Assembly: GCA_963777505.1 (NCBI GenBank) | Contig: CAVZQN010000008.1 | Location: 503,493 to 567,492, forward strand | DNA from: an uncultured bacterium | GTDB taxonomy: Bacteria; Acidobacteriota; HRBIN11; JAKEFK01 | Direction: 5' to 3' | Length of the DNA stretch: 64,000 nucleotides | In this document: positions 52,238 to 63,263 of the stretch, piece by piece | Numbering within the stretch: position 1 is the first letter of the stretch | Layout of the letters: every line of letters starts with the position of its first letter | The notes under the pieces: model-generated | Seen by the model: only the letters and a program-made list of their open reading frames with translations | Databases searched by the model: none | What the model was told of the DNA's origin: nothing | Program-made: the position numbers and the translations under genes

Positions 52238-52574
52238 AGACGGAGCTGTTGGTCAGGAAGCTTTCCCAGATTTCCGCCTCCCTTGCCGGATCGGCTGCTT
52301 GAGCCGGCCTGACCAGGTGCCACATGGTGTGCAGCGTCGCGCCGCCCTCGGCCGGGAGTTCGAGCCGTCCGGCCCAGCTGGTCAGCGAGCCGGCCGAAGG
52401 CCATGCGACGACGAGCCCAATCGTCATGCCGTTCGCCAATCCGACGACGCGGTGAGTCTTGCCGACCACCGCGGAATTGCCGATTTGCGTCAGATACTGC
52501 CCGGTGATCTCATCCTCGCGCTGCTGCAAAACCATCGCGCCGCCGCGTTCGTTGATCCAGGTACCATTGAACAT
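52218..52574 (-). CDS. avidin/streptavidin-fold protein, 118 aa, no signal peptide
   Basis: MFNGTWINERGGAMVLQQREDEITGQYLTQIGNSAVVGKTHRVVGLANGMTIGLVVAWPSAGSLTSWAGRLELPAEGGATLHTMWHLVRPAQAADPAREAEIWESFLTNSSVFRRISV. GGGAGGGG SD before the ATG at 52574. This is the lower part of ORF 52218..53114. Confidence 0.7.
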   Translation of the reverse strand: MFNGTWINERGGAMVLQQREDEITGQYLTQIGNSAVVGKTHRVVGLANGMTIGLVVAWPSAGSLTSWAGRLELPAEGGATLHTMWHLVRPAQAADPAREAEIWESFLTNSSVFRRISV

Positions 52575-52676
52575 GACCCCTCCCGCAGAAATCGACGGCA
52601 CGCAAGCCGGCTCGACGTCTTGAATACATCTTCGTCCGGGTGCGAATATGGCGATCGACCGGCCGGTGCAGGCAAG

Positions 52677-53313
52677 ATGTTTCTTTACGACGGACCCGAA
52701 AACGCAAAGGCGACGCTCCTGCTTGCGCATGGGGCAGGCGCGCCGATGGATTCGGCGGCGATGACCACGCTGGCGAAAACGCTTGCGAAACATGACCTTC
52801 GCATCGCGCGTTTCGAATTCGGTTACATGGCGGGCCGGCGCACCGCGGCCGGCCGCAAGCCGCCGCCGCGCGCCGAAAAGCTGACGGCGGAGTACCTCGC
52901 CGCCATCGCGGCGCTCGGCGCCAAATCGCCGCTGGTGATCGGCGGCAAGTCGATGGGCGGGCGCGTTGCCAGCATGATCGCCGATGAGTTGTTCGCGGCC
53001 GGAACGATCGCCGGCCTGTTGTGCCTCGGCTATCCGTTCCATCCGATCGGCAAGCCGGAGCAACTGCGCACCGCGCATCTCGGCGAGATGAAGACGCCGG
53101 CGCTGATCGCGCAAGGCACCCGCGATCCCTTCGGCACGCGCGGAGGAGGTCGCAGCCTACAAGCTGTCGAAGCGCATCGAGATCCTCTGGCTCGAGGACG
53201 GCGACCACGACCTGAAACCGCGCAAGGCGGTGTCCGGCTTCTCCGCCGCCGACCATCTTGCGACGCTGGGACAGGCGGTGGCGGCGTGGGTCGCGCGCAT
53301 CACCGCCGCATGA
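52677..53313 (+). pseudogene. alpha/beta-fold hydrolase (KANL3/Tex30-like, dienelactone-hydrolase-like), 1 frame break
   Basis: MFLYDGPENAKATLLLAHGAGAPMDS...VIGGKSMGGRVASM...LIAQGTRDPFG in 52299..54077. The C-terminus (EEVAAYKLSKRIEILWLEDGDHDL) is in another frame, ending in an ATGA overlap with xthA. Confidence 0.75.
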
Positions 53314-54077
53314 AGATTGCCACCTTCAACATCAACAACGTGAACCGGCGGCTGCCGAACCTGCTGGCCTGGCTCGCGGCGGCGAAGCCGGACGTCGTCT
53401 GCCTGCAGGAACTGAAGGCCGCGCAGAACCAGTTTCCGGAAAAAGCGCTGCGCGATGCCGGCTACGTCGCGGCATGGGTCGGCGAGCGGTCGTGGAACGG
53501 CGTTGCGATCCTCGCGCGGAAGGCGGAGCCGGTGGTCATTCGCACGCGGCTTCCCGGCGATCCGAAAGATGTTCAGGCGCGATACCTCGAGGCGGCGGTG
53601 AGGGGCGTCGTCATCGCCTGCGTCTATGCGCCGAACGGCAATCCGCAGCCCGGACCGAAATTCGACTACAAGCTCGCCTGGCTGGCGCGCCTGCGCCGGC
53701 ACGCCGCGACGCTGCTGAAAACCGGCGCTCCGGTGGTCATCGCCGGCGACTTCAATGTCGCACCGACCGCACTCGACATTTATCCGACCCGCTCGTGGGA
53801 CAAGGACGCGCTGGTGCAGCCGGAAAGCCGCGCCGCGTATGCAAAGCTGCTGCAGCAGGGATGGACCGACGCGTTCCGGGAATTGCATCCGCAGGCGCGC
53901 GCCTACTCGTTCTGGGACTACAAGCGCAACCGCTGGCCGCGTGACGCCGGACTGCGTCTCGATCACCTGCTGCTCAGCCCAAATCTGGTGCCGGTGCTGA
54001 AGAAGGCTGTGATCGACAAGGCGGTGCGCGGCGAAGAGGGAGCGAGCGACCACGCGCCGATGTGGATTGTCGTGTGA
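53310..54077 (+). CDS. xthA: exodeoxyribonuclease III
   Basis: MKIATFNINNVNRRLPNLLAWL...VVCLQELK...WNGVAIL...IAGDFNVAP...LRLDHLLLSP...ASDHAPMWIV. 255 aa, intact. Confidence 0.9.
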   Translation: MKIATFNINNVNRRLPNLLAWLAAAKPDVVCLQELKAAQNQFPEKALRDAGYVAAWVGERSWNGVAILARKAEPVVIRTRLPGDPKDVQARYLEAAVRGVVIACVYAPNGNPQPGPKFDYKLAWLARLRRHAATLLKTGAPVVIAGDFNVAPTALDIYPTRSWDKDALVQPESRAAYAKLLQQGWTDAFRELHPQARAYSFWDYKRNRWPRDAGLRLDHLLLSPNLVPVLKKAVIDKAVRGEEGASDHAPMWIVV

Positions 54078-54121
54078 TGGCTACCCGCTGGATTTGACAC
54101 CGGATGGTTTCGCGCGAGGCT

Positions 54122-54615
54122 TCAGCGAAGCCTGATGACGATGTCGGGCTCCGCGCTGCTCCGGGTGGACACCTCAAGGAGCGCATTGATGATGTCGGGA
54201 GGAGTCAATTCACGCTGCACGATCAGGCGCCGGTAGAGCGGCGAAGCGGCGCAGATGGCAAGGTCGATCAATGTCCGGATGATTGCCGATCGATCGCAAT
54301 CCAGCGGGCAGACGAGCGAAAGCTCGGCGGTGTCGGCCGCGTCGCCGAGCGCACAGATCGATCGCGATGGCTTCCGGGCAGTACGGCCCCATCCGGCCGA
54401 TGACAAGCACGTGTTGCCAGTCGATCGTCCGGCAGAAGTTCAATGACGGCCTCGTCGGACATGCCGCCGCCGAAGCAGGATCGTCGCTGATCGAAGCTCA
54501 TCGCGAGGAAGAACGCCTCGAGCTTCTGGCAGTCGTGTTCGGTCAGCAATTGAAACGAGCGCCCGCCGTTGACGCCTTGCGATGCGATGGCGAGTTCTGC
54601 CTGGAATGCGCCCAT
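54122..54615 (-). pseudogene. hypothetical protein (possibly degenerate GNAT-like), 2 frame breaks
   Basis: Chained from 54268..54687 (MGAFQAELAIASQGVNGGRSFQLLTEHDCQKLEAFFLAMSFDQRRSCFGGGMSDEAVIE), 54210..54443 (FCRTIDWQHVLVIGRMGPYCPEAIAIDLCA) and 54122..54406. The family is not firmly recognised. Confidence 0.4.
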
Positions 54616-54705
54616 GGGGAGGCTCCGGTTTCGTGCTTTCGCTGACCGGGACCCTAGTTCGCGACGAGGAGCGCGCGCGTCCTCCAAACAGGGGGTGGGT
54701 GAGGT

Positions 54706-56585
54706 CTACGGCGCGGCGAGCACCAGGGTCGCGACCGTCAGGCCGTCCGCGCGGTCCAGCGAGAAGTTGGCGCCGAGCGATTGCGCCCGCACGGCGATGC
54801 TCTTCAATCCCTGGCTGTTTCCTCTCGATGCCGCGGGTGCCGCGTTCGGGCCGACGCCATTGTCCTTGATGGATACGAACCCGACCTTGGTCGTTGCGCC
54901 GAGCCGTCGAGCCTGTCCCGCAATCCGACGTGGAACGTGATCTCGGTGGCGCCACCATGCCGGACGGCGTTGTTCAGGCATTCCTGCACGATGCGCAGCA
55001 CGTGCAGCGTCGACTCTGCACCGAGGTTCAGGTCTTCCGCGCCGTCGTCGACCTCCCAGAGCGTGCGCACACCGAAGGATGCGAGCCGCGGTTCAAGGCG
55101 ATGGCGAAGGTTCGAGAGCGCGTCGACCAGCGTTTCGGTGCTCGTGCTTCGCGCGTCGATCAGAAGCCGCAATTCGTCCAGCGACGACTGGATGCCGTCG
55201 GTCACCTCCGAGCTCGAAAGGTTGCCGCCCTTGAGGCCGCTCAGCAGCAGCGACAGATGCGTGCCGACCCCGTCATGCATGTCACGCATCAGCCGGTGGC
55301 GCTCCTCGATCGTCACGGCTTCCGCATCGCTTTGCCGTTTCTTCTCGTAGAGTTCGTCGAGTTCCTGTCGTGCCGCCGCGATCTTCCTTTCGAGGTCGGC
55401 GTTGGCGTTGCGCAGCGAAAGCTTCGCCGTGGCGACGTCATCGGCGAGCGCAAGACCCATCACCAGCAGCAGGAAGGGGAAGCTGAGCGGGAACCATTGC
55501 GTAGCGGAATAGCTGATGACGCCCAGCAGCCAGAGCAGGTCGTGCACCGCAGGCGCGACCTGTGCTGCGAGCGCGCACGCCATCAGGAGCCGCGGCGTGT
55601 TCGGCGCGCGGAAGGTTTCGACGGCAAGCACGATCATGCAATAGATGCCGGCGAGCAGAATGGGCAATCGCCAGACGATGGCGTCGAACCTTGAAAACAT
55701 CCATGGCGGAATGAGGAACAGGGCGACCGTGCCGATTGCCGTGAAGGCGATGATCGAACGTTCGAAGGTTGCGTTTCGCCAGCCGACGTAACGGGTCAGA
55801 AAGACATAGAGCGGTAGCGCCGACCACCCGAGGCTCGCCGCAATCAGGGGCGGCATCAGACCGAGCGGCAGGACCTGAACGTCAAACTGACGGTGGAAAT
55901 TGCGCGCAGCAAACACGATCGCGCCGATTGCGAACAGCCCGTAGAGCTGGGAGTTCTTCGGATCCCGCAGCCACAGCAGCACGAACGGAACGCACATCGC
56001 CAGCACGATCCAGTTGGACAGCTTCAGAAACTCGTCCTGGATCAGCCGCCGGTTGGTGTAGGAGTCGCGCAAGTCCGCCAGCGGGCCGATGTAGACTTCG
56101 GACAGGCCCGCGCCGTCGTTTGCGTAGCCGTGCACGCGGATGGTGAGAGTGTTCTCGCCGTCGACGATGGCCGTGACCGGCAGCTCCGCCAGGATCGTCC
56201 GGTTGGATCCGCGAACCTGCGCAACGCCGCTGTCCGAGTAGATCAGTTCTCCGTTGAGCAGGACGTCGCAATAGGTCTTGACGCGAGGAACGAAGACAGC
56301 CTGGCGAGGTCCGTCTTTCCGCGCTTCGACCGCAAAGCGGTAGTCGATGTCGCCGCCGAAGCCGCGCCGCCTCTGGTCCCAGGCGTCGGGGAGCGTCACG
56401 CGCGCTGCCTGTTCGCTGCCGGCGCGACCCGCGGCATCGGCGCCGGGCACCTGCGCGATTGCGCTGTCCCGCTTGCTGGCGGCGGGCGGCGGCGAGGAGG
56501 TTGTGTAGGAGAGGGCGACCGGCAGCAGCAGCACTGCGACGAGCAGTACCGCGACCGGCAGCTTGCGGAGTCTTGCCGCTCTCAT
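54706..56585 (-). pseudogene. sensor histidine kinase, 7TMR-DISM type (periplasmic DISMED2-like domain, 7 TM, HisKA_3, HATPase), 1 frame break
   Basis: 54804..56585: signal/TM, LLNGELIY...TLTIRVHGYANDGAGLSEVYIGP, seven hydrophobic helices, ERHRLMRDMHDGVGTHL, LRIVQECLNNAVRHG. 54706..54981: VSIKDNGVG...GLKSIAVRAQSLGA. Confidence 0.85.
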
Positions 56586-56659
56586 CCCGCGCGAGCGACA
56601 GCGCCTGCGACATCGTCATGACGGAAGTCCGGGTCCTGCGTCACATCCCAGGTTCGAGT

Positions 56660-57346
56660 TCACAGAAGTCCGAGCCGGGTGGCCTCGAACACGGCTTCGC
56701 CGCGCGAGTTCACTTCCAGCTTGCGATAGATGTTCTTGGCGTGAGAGCGCGTGGTGGTGTGGGACACGTGCAGGAGCTGCGCCACCTCCACCAGCGAGAA
56801 GCCCTTCGCGACGAGTCGCAGCACCTCGATCTCGCGGGCCGACAGCGAAACGTTTTCGTCGCGCGTGGATACCGACACACCGGTGGCGGGCTTGTCGCCG
56901 GCGTCGACTCCCATGCGGCGGGCGCGCGCGGGCTCCTGCAGCCGGCGCAGGATATGGCGGGCGATCTTCGGGCTCAGCGGCGAATGGCCGGCGCGCAAAT
57001 CCGCGATCGCCGTGACCCATTCCTTGGGGGTGCTGTCCTTGACGAGGTAGCCGGTTGCGCCGGCGCAGATCGCGGAGACGACGCTTTTCTCGTCGTCGAA
57101 TACGGTCGCGACCAGAATGTCCGCGTCGGGCCGCAGCCGCCGCGACGTCCGGATGGCGTCGATGCCGCTGCCGTCGGGCAGGCCGAGATCGACGATGAAG
57201 ATGTCGAAGTCGATCGCCCTGATCGCACTCAGAGCGTCGCTCAGGTTCGCGCACATTGTCACGATCCTGAGCTCCGGATCGGCGACAACGATGCTGGAGA
57301 TCGTTGCCTGCCAGTGCGGCTCATCCTCCAGAACAAGCAGGCGCAT
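56660..57346 (-). CDS. NarL/FixJ (LuxR-type HTH) response regulator, intact 228 aa
   Basis: MRLLVLEDEP...IFIVDLGLPDGSG...LSAREIEVLRLVAKGFSLVEVAQLLHVSHTTTRSHAKNIYRKL. Confidence 0.9.
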   Translation of the reverse strand: MRLLVLEDEPHWQATISSIVVADPELRIVTMCANLSDALSAIRAIDFDIFIVDLGLPDGSGIDAIRTSRRLRPDADILVATVFDDEKSVVSAICAGATGYLVKDSTPKEWVTAIADLRAGHSPLSPKIARHILRRLQEPARARRMGVDAGDKPATGVSVSTRDENVSLSAREIEVLRLVAKGFSLVEVAQLLHVSHTTTRSHAKNIYRKLEVNSRGEAVFEATRLGLL

Positions 57347-57480
57347 GGCGATCGACCTCTGCGGGACGTTTGCTCTGTCATTATATCATCCAAAGGTTGT
57401 GCGTCACCGGCCAAAACCGGGCAATTCGAACCAGGCGCCCCGATTGTTCGAAAGCGATGCGAATGCCGTGTTCTCGCCGG

Positions 57481-58050
57481 TCAGAACATGCAGGCGGACA
57501 GTGCGACGATGGTGAACATGTCGACCTGAAATTCGGTCTCGAGGTCGAGCCCGCGCTCCGCAAGCCATTGGCGTTGCGCCAGGTAGGCCGTCTTTTCGCG
57601 GGCGCCGCCGCAGTCGTATTTGCGACCGGCGAGGTTCTGCAGGTGATGCACCATTTCGTGCACCAGCACCGACCGTTCGGCGACCGAGGCGCCGGTCCAG
57701 CCCGCCGGCAGATAGATTGTCCGGCTGGTGTCGTCGTAGACGGCGACGACCTCGCGTTGAATCTCGGGCAGCGGCGTGGAGTGCTCGCCGCCGATCGCCT
57801 GCGACCGGCGCGGCAGCAGTGCGTTGTAGCGCAGACGGTGGATTTGCGCCGGCTGGACCAGTTCGATCCGCGGCATCTCGGCCGCGTAGGGCAGGTCGTA
57901 GTTGGCCGAGATCCAGCGCGCGATCGCGTCGAGCGATGAATTCGCTGGCAGATTGCCCGACGGGCCCTGCGCGATCGCAGGCAGAGGGGCAAGAAGGATG
58001 AACAGCAGCACCGCGCGAGACAGGATCTGAAGGGCCATCGATCGCTCCAT
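57481..58050 (-). CDS. secreted hypothetical protein with HExxH motif (putative zinc-dependent peptidase-like)
   Basis: MERSMALQILSRAVLLFILLAPLPAIAQG signal peptide. SVLVHEMVHHLQNLAG. Internal ATG of ORF 57481..58257. Confidence 0.6.
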   Translation of the reverse strand: MERSMALQILSRAVLLFILLAPLPAIAQGPSGNLPANSSLDAIARWISANYDLPYAAEMPRIELVQPAQIHRLRYNALLPRRSQAIGGEHSTPLPEIQREVVAVYDDTSRTIYLPAGWTGASVAERSVLVHEMVHHLQNLAGRKYDCGGAREKTAYLAQRQWLAERGLDLETEFQVDMFTIVALSACMF

Positions 58051-58235
58051 GGTCGAACCGCATCGGGACGGCCGCGACGATCGAACTTTTCGCTGCCCGC
58101 AGAAATCATCCAATCGGATGACGGCTTGCGAAAATATTCGGCGGCATCGCTGGCGACCGATCCCGGCTGATCCGCCAAATGGAGGATGCAACCGGCATGC
58201 CGGTATGCATGGGGCGCCATTGACTGCGCGGCCGA

Positions 58236-58261
58236 ATATTTGCTTGCTGGCGAGCAAGTAT
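58236..58261. promoter_or_regulatory. candidate TetR operator ATATTTGCTTGC-TG-GCGAGCAAGTAT
   Basis: 10-of-12 inverted repeat ending 28 nt upstream of the monooxygenase ATG (58289). A TetR gene closes the same operon. Confidence 0.4.
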
Positions 58262-58288
58262 TTTCAGATTCAGAAGGCAGCTCCCTCC

Positions 58289-59807
<1,519 letters not shown>

Positions 59808-59809
59808 TC

Positions 59810-60431
59810 ATGCCGGCCACCGCGCTGAAGGTCCGCGAACCAACCACCCACGTCGAGCGGCGCGAGGAGGCCGAGCGCAAGCTGCTGGCAGCGGCGGCGA
59901 AGATCATCGCCGTGAAGGGCCTCGAACGCTTCACGCTCGCCGAGGTCGGCGAGACCGCGGGCTACAGCCGCGGGCTGCCGCGGCACTATTTCGGCGACAA
60001 GGACGAACTGACGATCCGCGTCGCGCTCTACGTCGCCGAGCATCCGATCCTGCAGGAGCGGCTGCAGGTCGAGCCGGGCCTCGAGACGGTGATCAGCATG
60101 ATCCGCTTCTTCTTCGCGGTCGCGCCGAAGTACCGCACCAACGTGCGCGCGCTGTCGATCGTGCTTGCCGGCGTGCTGACCAGCGACTCGCTGAAGGAGC
60201 CGATCGCGCGCATGACCCGCGCCAAGCGCGCGGCGCTCGCCGAACACATCGCGATCGGCATCAAGCAGCGGCGAGATCCGCAAGGACGTGAACCCCGCAG
60301 CGCAGGCGATCCTGATCCTGTCGCAGATGCGCGGCGTCGTCACGCAATGGCTGAGCGACGAGGCGGCGGTCGACCTGAAGGCGGTCGAAGCCGAGTTCAT
60401 CGCCACGCTGCGGCGCGGACTGGCGGCCTGA
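59810..60431 (+). pseudogene. TetR-family transcriptional regulator, 1 frame break
   Basis: EEAERKLLAAAAKIIAVKGLERFTLAEVGETAGYSRGLPRHYFGDKDEL in 59054..60649. The tail (RKDVNPAAQAILILSQMRGVVTQWLSDE...) is in another frame, ending at TGA 60429-60431. It starts 3 nt after the monooxygenase stop. Confidence 0.75.
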
Positions 60432-60454
60432 GTCCCGGTGGCGCGGTTCGCACC

Positions 60455-61402
60455 TCACAGGTACCAGGACATGACCGCCTTGAGCATCGCGCCCTCGACG
60501 ATCGGCAGCACGGTCACCTGATTCAATCCGACCTTTCGCGCGGCTTGTGCCGCGATCGACGTATCCTTCTTCAAGTCACCGCTGATCCCCGGGATCCCGG
60601 TGAACCACGCGCCGCCGATCGCGCCTTCACCCTTGCGTATCTGGCCTGACCCATAGACCGCGTCCAGATTGGTTCCGGTGCTGCAGCTGCCGGCTTCGAA
60701 GATCAGGGTTTGTCGTGTTTGGTCAGGCACCCAGATCTCGAACCGGTGCGCAATCGGCGTTGCCTGCGCGGACAACAGGGTCACGACCCAGGTTTCATCT
60801 CCGGATGATTTGTAGGGGATGCCGACGCCGCAATTGATGCCGATCTCCGAGGCATCTTCCCAGCGCAGAAAGCGCTTCGCATTGTGCAGGTCCGCAATGA
60901 TCAGCGGCCGGTTGGCCTTCCAGGTACGGCCCGGCAAACCAAAACCGCGCGGAAAGCGGGTATGCCGTGAATTGAACTCGAACATGTCGGCGGTGCCGTA
61001 GTAGCCGTCGACGAGTTCCATGTCGTGCGAGCGTTCGGGATCGTTGTGCCACAGCTCGATGGCTCCGACATGCTTGGCGTCATCGCCGCAAAGCAGGACG
61101 ACAACTGCCATCAGAAATTCGCCGGCAAACACCGGAAGTGCGACACCGCAGGTCAGGCCGGCTTCCTTTGCCTCATCCGTTCGCTTGAAATAGGAGTCCG
61201 CGAACTCCGTCAGGATGACTGGATGGCCGGATGCCCAGGCCTTGCCGGGAAGCCCCTCATCGTAGGCAAACAGCGTATGTTCGCTGAGTGCGCGGAACTC
61301 TTCGTACTCCGCGCTGCAAAGTCCGCCACCATATTCGAGAACGGTCCGGGCCCTGTTCGGCACCCAGAGTTCGACGACGCGTATGAACGGCTTCATTGAC
61401 AT
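60455..61402 (-). CDS. stand-alone protein made of three tandem GAF-like modules, intact
   Basis: ORF 60455..61420. Three ~100-aa repeats begin VVELWVPN, AIELWHND and RFEIWVPD. Each carries a G.GLPG..W-type motif (EGLPGKAW, GFGLPGRTW, EGAIGGAW) and an A..GL..GV..P segment. The start is ATG 61402 or 61396. Confidence 0.7.
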   Translation of the reverse strand: MSMKPFIRVVELWVPNRARTVLEYGGGLCSAEYEEFRALSEHTLFAYDEGLPGKAWASGHPVILTEFADSYFKRTDEAKEAGLTCGVALPVFAGEFLMAVVVLLCGDDAKHVGAIELWHNDPERSHDMELVDGYYGTADMFEFNSRHTRFPRGFGLPGRTWKANRPLIIADLHNAKRFLRWEDASEIGINCGVGIPYKSSGDETWVVTLLSAQATPIAHRFEIWVPDQTRQTLIFEAGSCSTGTNLDAVYGSGQIRKGEGAIGGAWFTGIPGISGDLKKDTSIAAQAARKVGLNQVTVLPIVEGAMLKAVMSWYL

Positions 61403-61561
61403 GCCCGATCGGCCCGGCACAGCGGAGCATCCGACAGTTCACGGCCGCACGCACGGGCGAATAGTAGGCAGGCGATGCATATGAAATCGAACATCGATCC
61501 AGTTTATCCATGCTGGGGCGGAAGGCCGCGTAGGCATGATGACTTGAGGCCGGATCGCCGC

Positions 61562-61688
61562 GTCATGCCCGCGCAAGCGGGCATCCAGTAAACGCAGGCT
61601 CTCAATTCTATCGTCGACGCTTGCGTGTACTACGGCTGCGGGCGAGCGAAGCGACGCCGTTCTTCGAACGGCTATGCGCGGGGACGAC
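61562..61688. repeat. REP/MITE-like intergenic element (GTCATGCCCGCGCAAGCGGGCATCC ... rc GTCGTCCCCGCGCATAGCC)
   Basis: Terminal inverted arms at 61562-61586 and 61671-61688. The internal GCGAGCGAAGCGACGCCGTTCTTCGAACGGC segment has its own dyad. The arm core is the same as in the 31927-32037 element. Confidence 0.6.
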
Positions 61689-61740
61689 AGCTTTGAGACT
61701 GCGCTACGGCAGCCGGCGACGACTGGGGTATCGCCGCCCC

Positions 61741-63263
61741 TCAATTCCACTTCGCCAGGAAGAACCGCGGCAGTTCGTCCGCGTAGGGCGTGAAGTTGAG
61801 CTGCTTCGAGAAGGCGTAGGTCGATACGTAGGTGTGCATCGGCACCCAGTAGGCCTGCTCGATGATGCGCTTGATCGCCTTCGAGTAGGCGATGCCGCGG
61901 ATCTCCTTTTCGTTGGTCGAGCCGCCTTCCTCGATCCACTGCTTCACCGACGGATCGCGCGCGTAGTCCTGGTTCCCGTGGACGAAATACTGGGGCAGGA
62001 TCGCCGCCACGTCGTTGATCGAGTAGCTGCCCCAGCTGCCGAGATAGAGCGGCACCTCACCTTGCTCCGAGCGCTGGGTGCCGGCGGCCACCTGCACACG
62101 GGTGAGCCTTGCCCTGATGCCGACGGCCTGCAGATAGCTCTGGATCGAGGCTTCCCACTGCGGAAGGATGTAGCTGACGAGTTCGGTGTCGAAGCCGTTG
62201 GGGTAGCCGGCTTCCGCCAGCAGCGCCTTGGCCTTGGCCGGATCGTAGTCGTACTTGACGGCCGCATCGGCGTCGCAGCCGAACTGCGACGGATAGCAGG
62301 GCGCCAGCGGCACGCGGCTGCCGCCGGTGACGAGCTTGTCGGCGATCGTCTGCCGGTCGATGGCATGGAAGATGGCCTGCCGCACCTTCAGCTTGGTCAA
62401 CGGGTTGTCCGCGCCGGTGCGGCCGGCCGCGTCGATCTGCAGGTAGCCGATCCGCATCGATTCCTTGCGTGTCGTCTGCAGGAACGGGATCTTGTCGATG
62501 TTGGCCATCTGGTCCGGATTGACATTCCAGATCCAGTCCACCTTCTGCGCCAGCAGCTCGGTCAATTCGGTTGCGGCTTCGCCCAGATGGCGCGTGGTGA
62601 TCTTCTTGATCGCGGGCTTGCCCTTGGGACCGTCGTAATAGTCGTCGAACCGCTCGAACTCGACGGACACCGACGGCTCGTGCTTGGTGACCTTGTAGGG
62701 GCCGGCGCCGACCGGGAGCCTTCGCATAGCCGTCGGCCCCGACCCTCTCGCGATAGGCCTTCGGCCAGATCGGCACCACCAGTGCGAAGAATTCCAGCGC
62801 TGCCGGGGTCGGCATCTTCATCTTGACGCGGACCGAATAGTCGCCGGTCTTCTCGGCCTTTTCGATCCAGCTGTAGTTCGACGGCGTCGAGACCTTGCTG
62901 TCGGGGCTGGAGACGGTGTTGATGGTGTAGACGACGTCATCTGCGCTGAACGCGCTGCCGTCATGAAACTTCACGCCCTGGCGCAGCGTGAAGTCGATCG
63001 TCAGGGGGTCGACGAGCTTCCACTCCGTCGCCAGCAGCGGCTTGATTTCGAAGTGTTGCAGGCTCGCGATAGACCAGCATGTCCTGATAGGTGTGCGACA
63101 GGATCAGGCCGGTGCGCTGGCTGTTGTAGTAGGGATCGATGTTCGGCACCGAGTCGCGGAACGCGAGCCGCAGCGTGTCGGCGGATTTTTGCGCCGCCGC
63201 CGGCAGCGGCGCGACCAGTACAGCGACAAGCGCTGCAGCAGCTGCAATCTTAAGCTTGCGCAT
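61741..63263 (-). pseudogene. ABC transporter substrate-binding protein, family 5 (peptide/nickel type), about 3 frame breaks
   Basis: 62961..63278 (MRKLKIAAAAALVAVLVAPLPAAAQ signal peptide), 62057..62974 (MKFHDGSAFSADDVVYT) and 61741..62727 (GAGPYKVTKHEP...). Confidence 0.8.

Noticed and set aside
57425-57452. TTCGAAC-N14-GTTCGAA dyad upstream of the NarL-type regulator as an autoregulatory site
   Set aside because: A single 7-bp dyad with a long spacer has no resemblance I can vouch for to NarL-type heptamers. It is mentioned inside the two-component finding but not listed as a feature.
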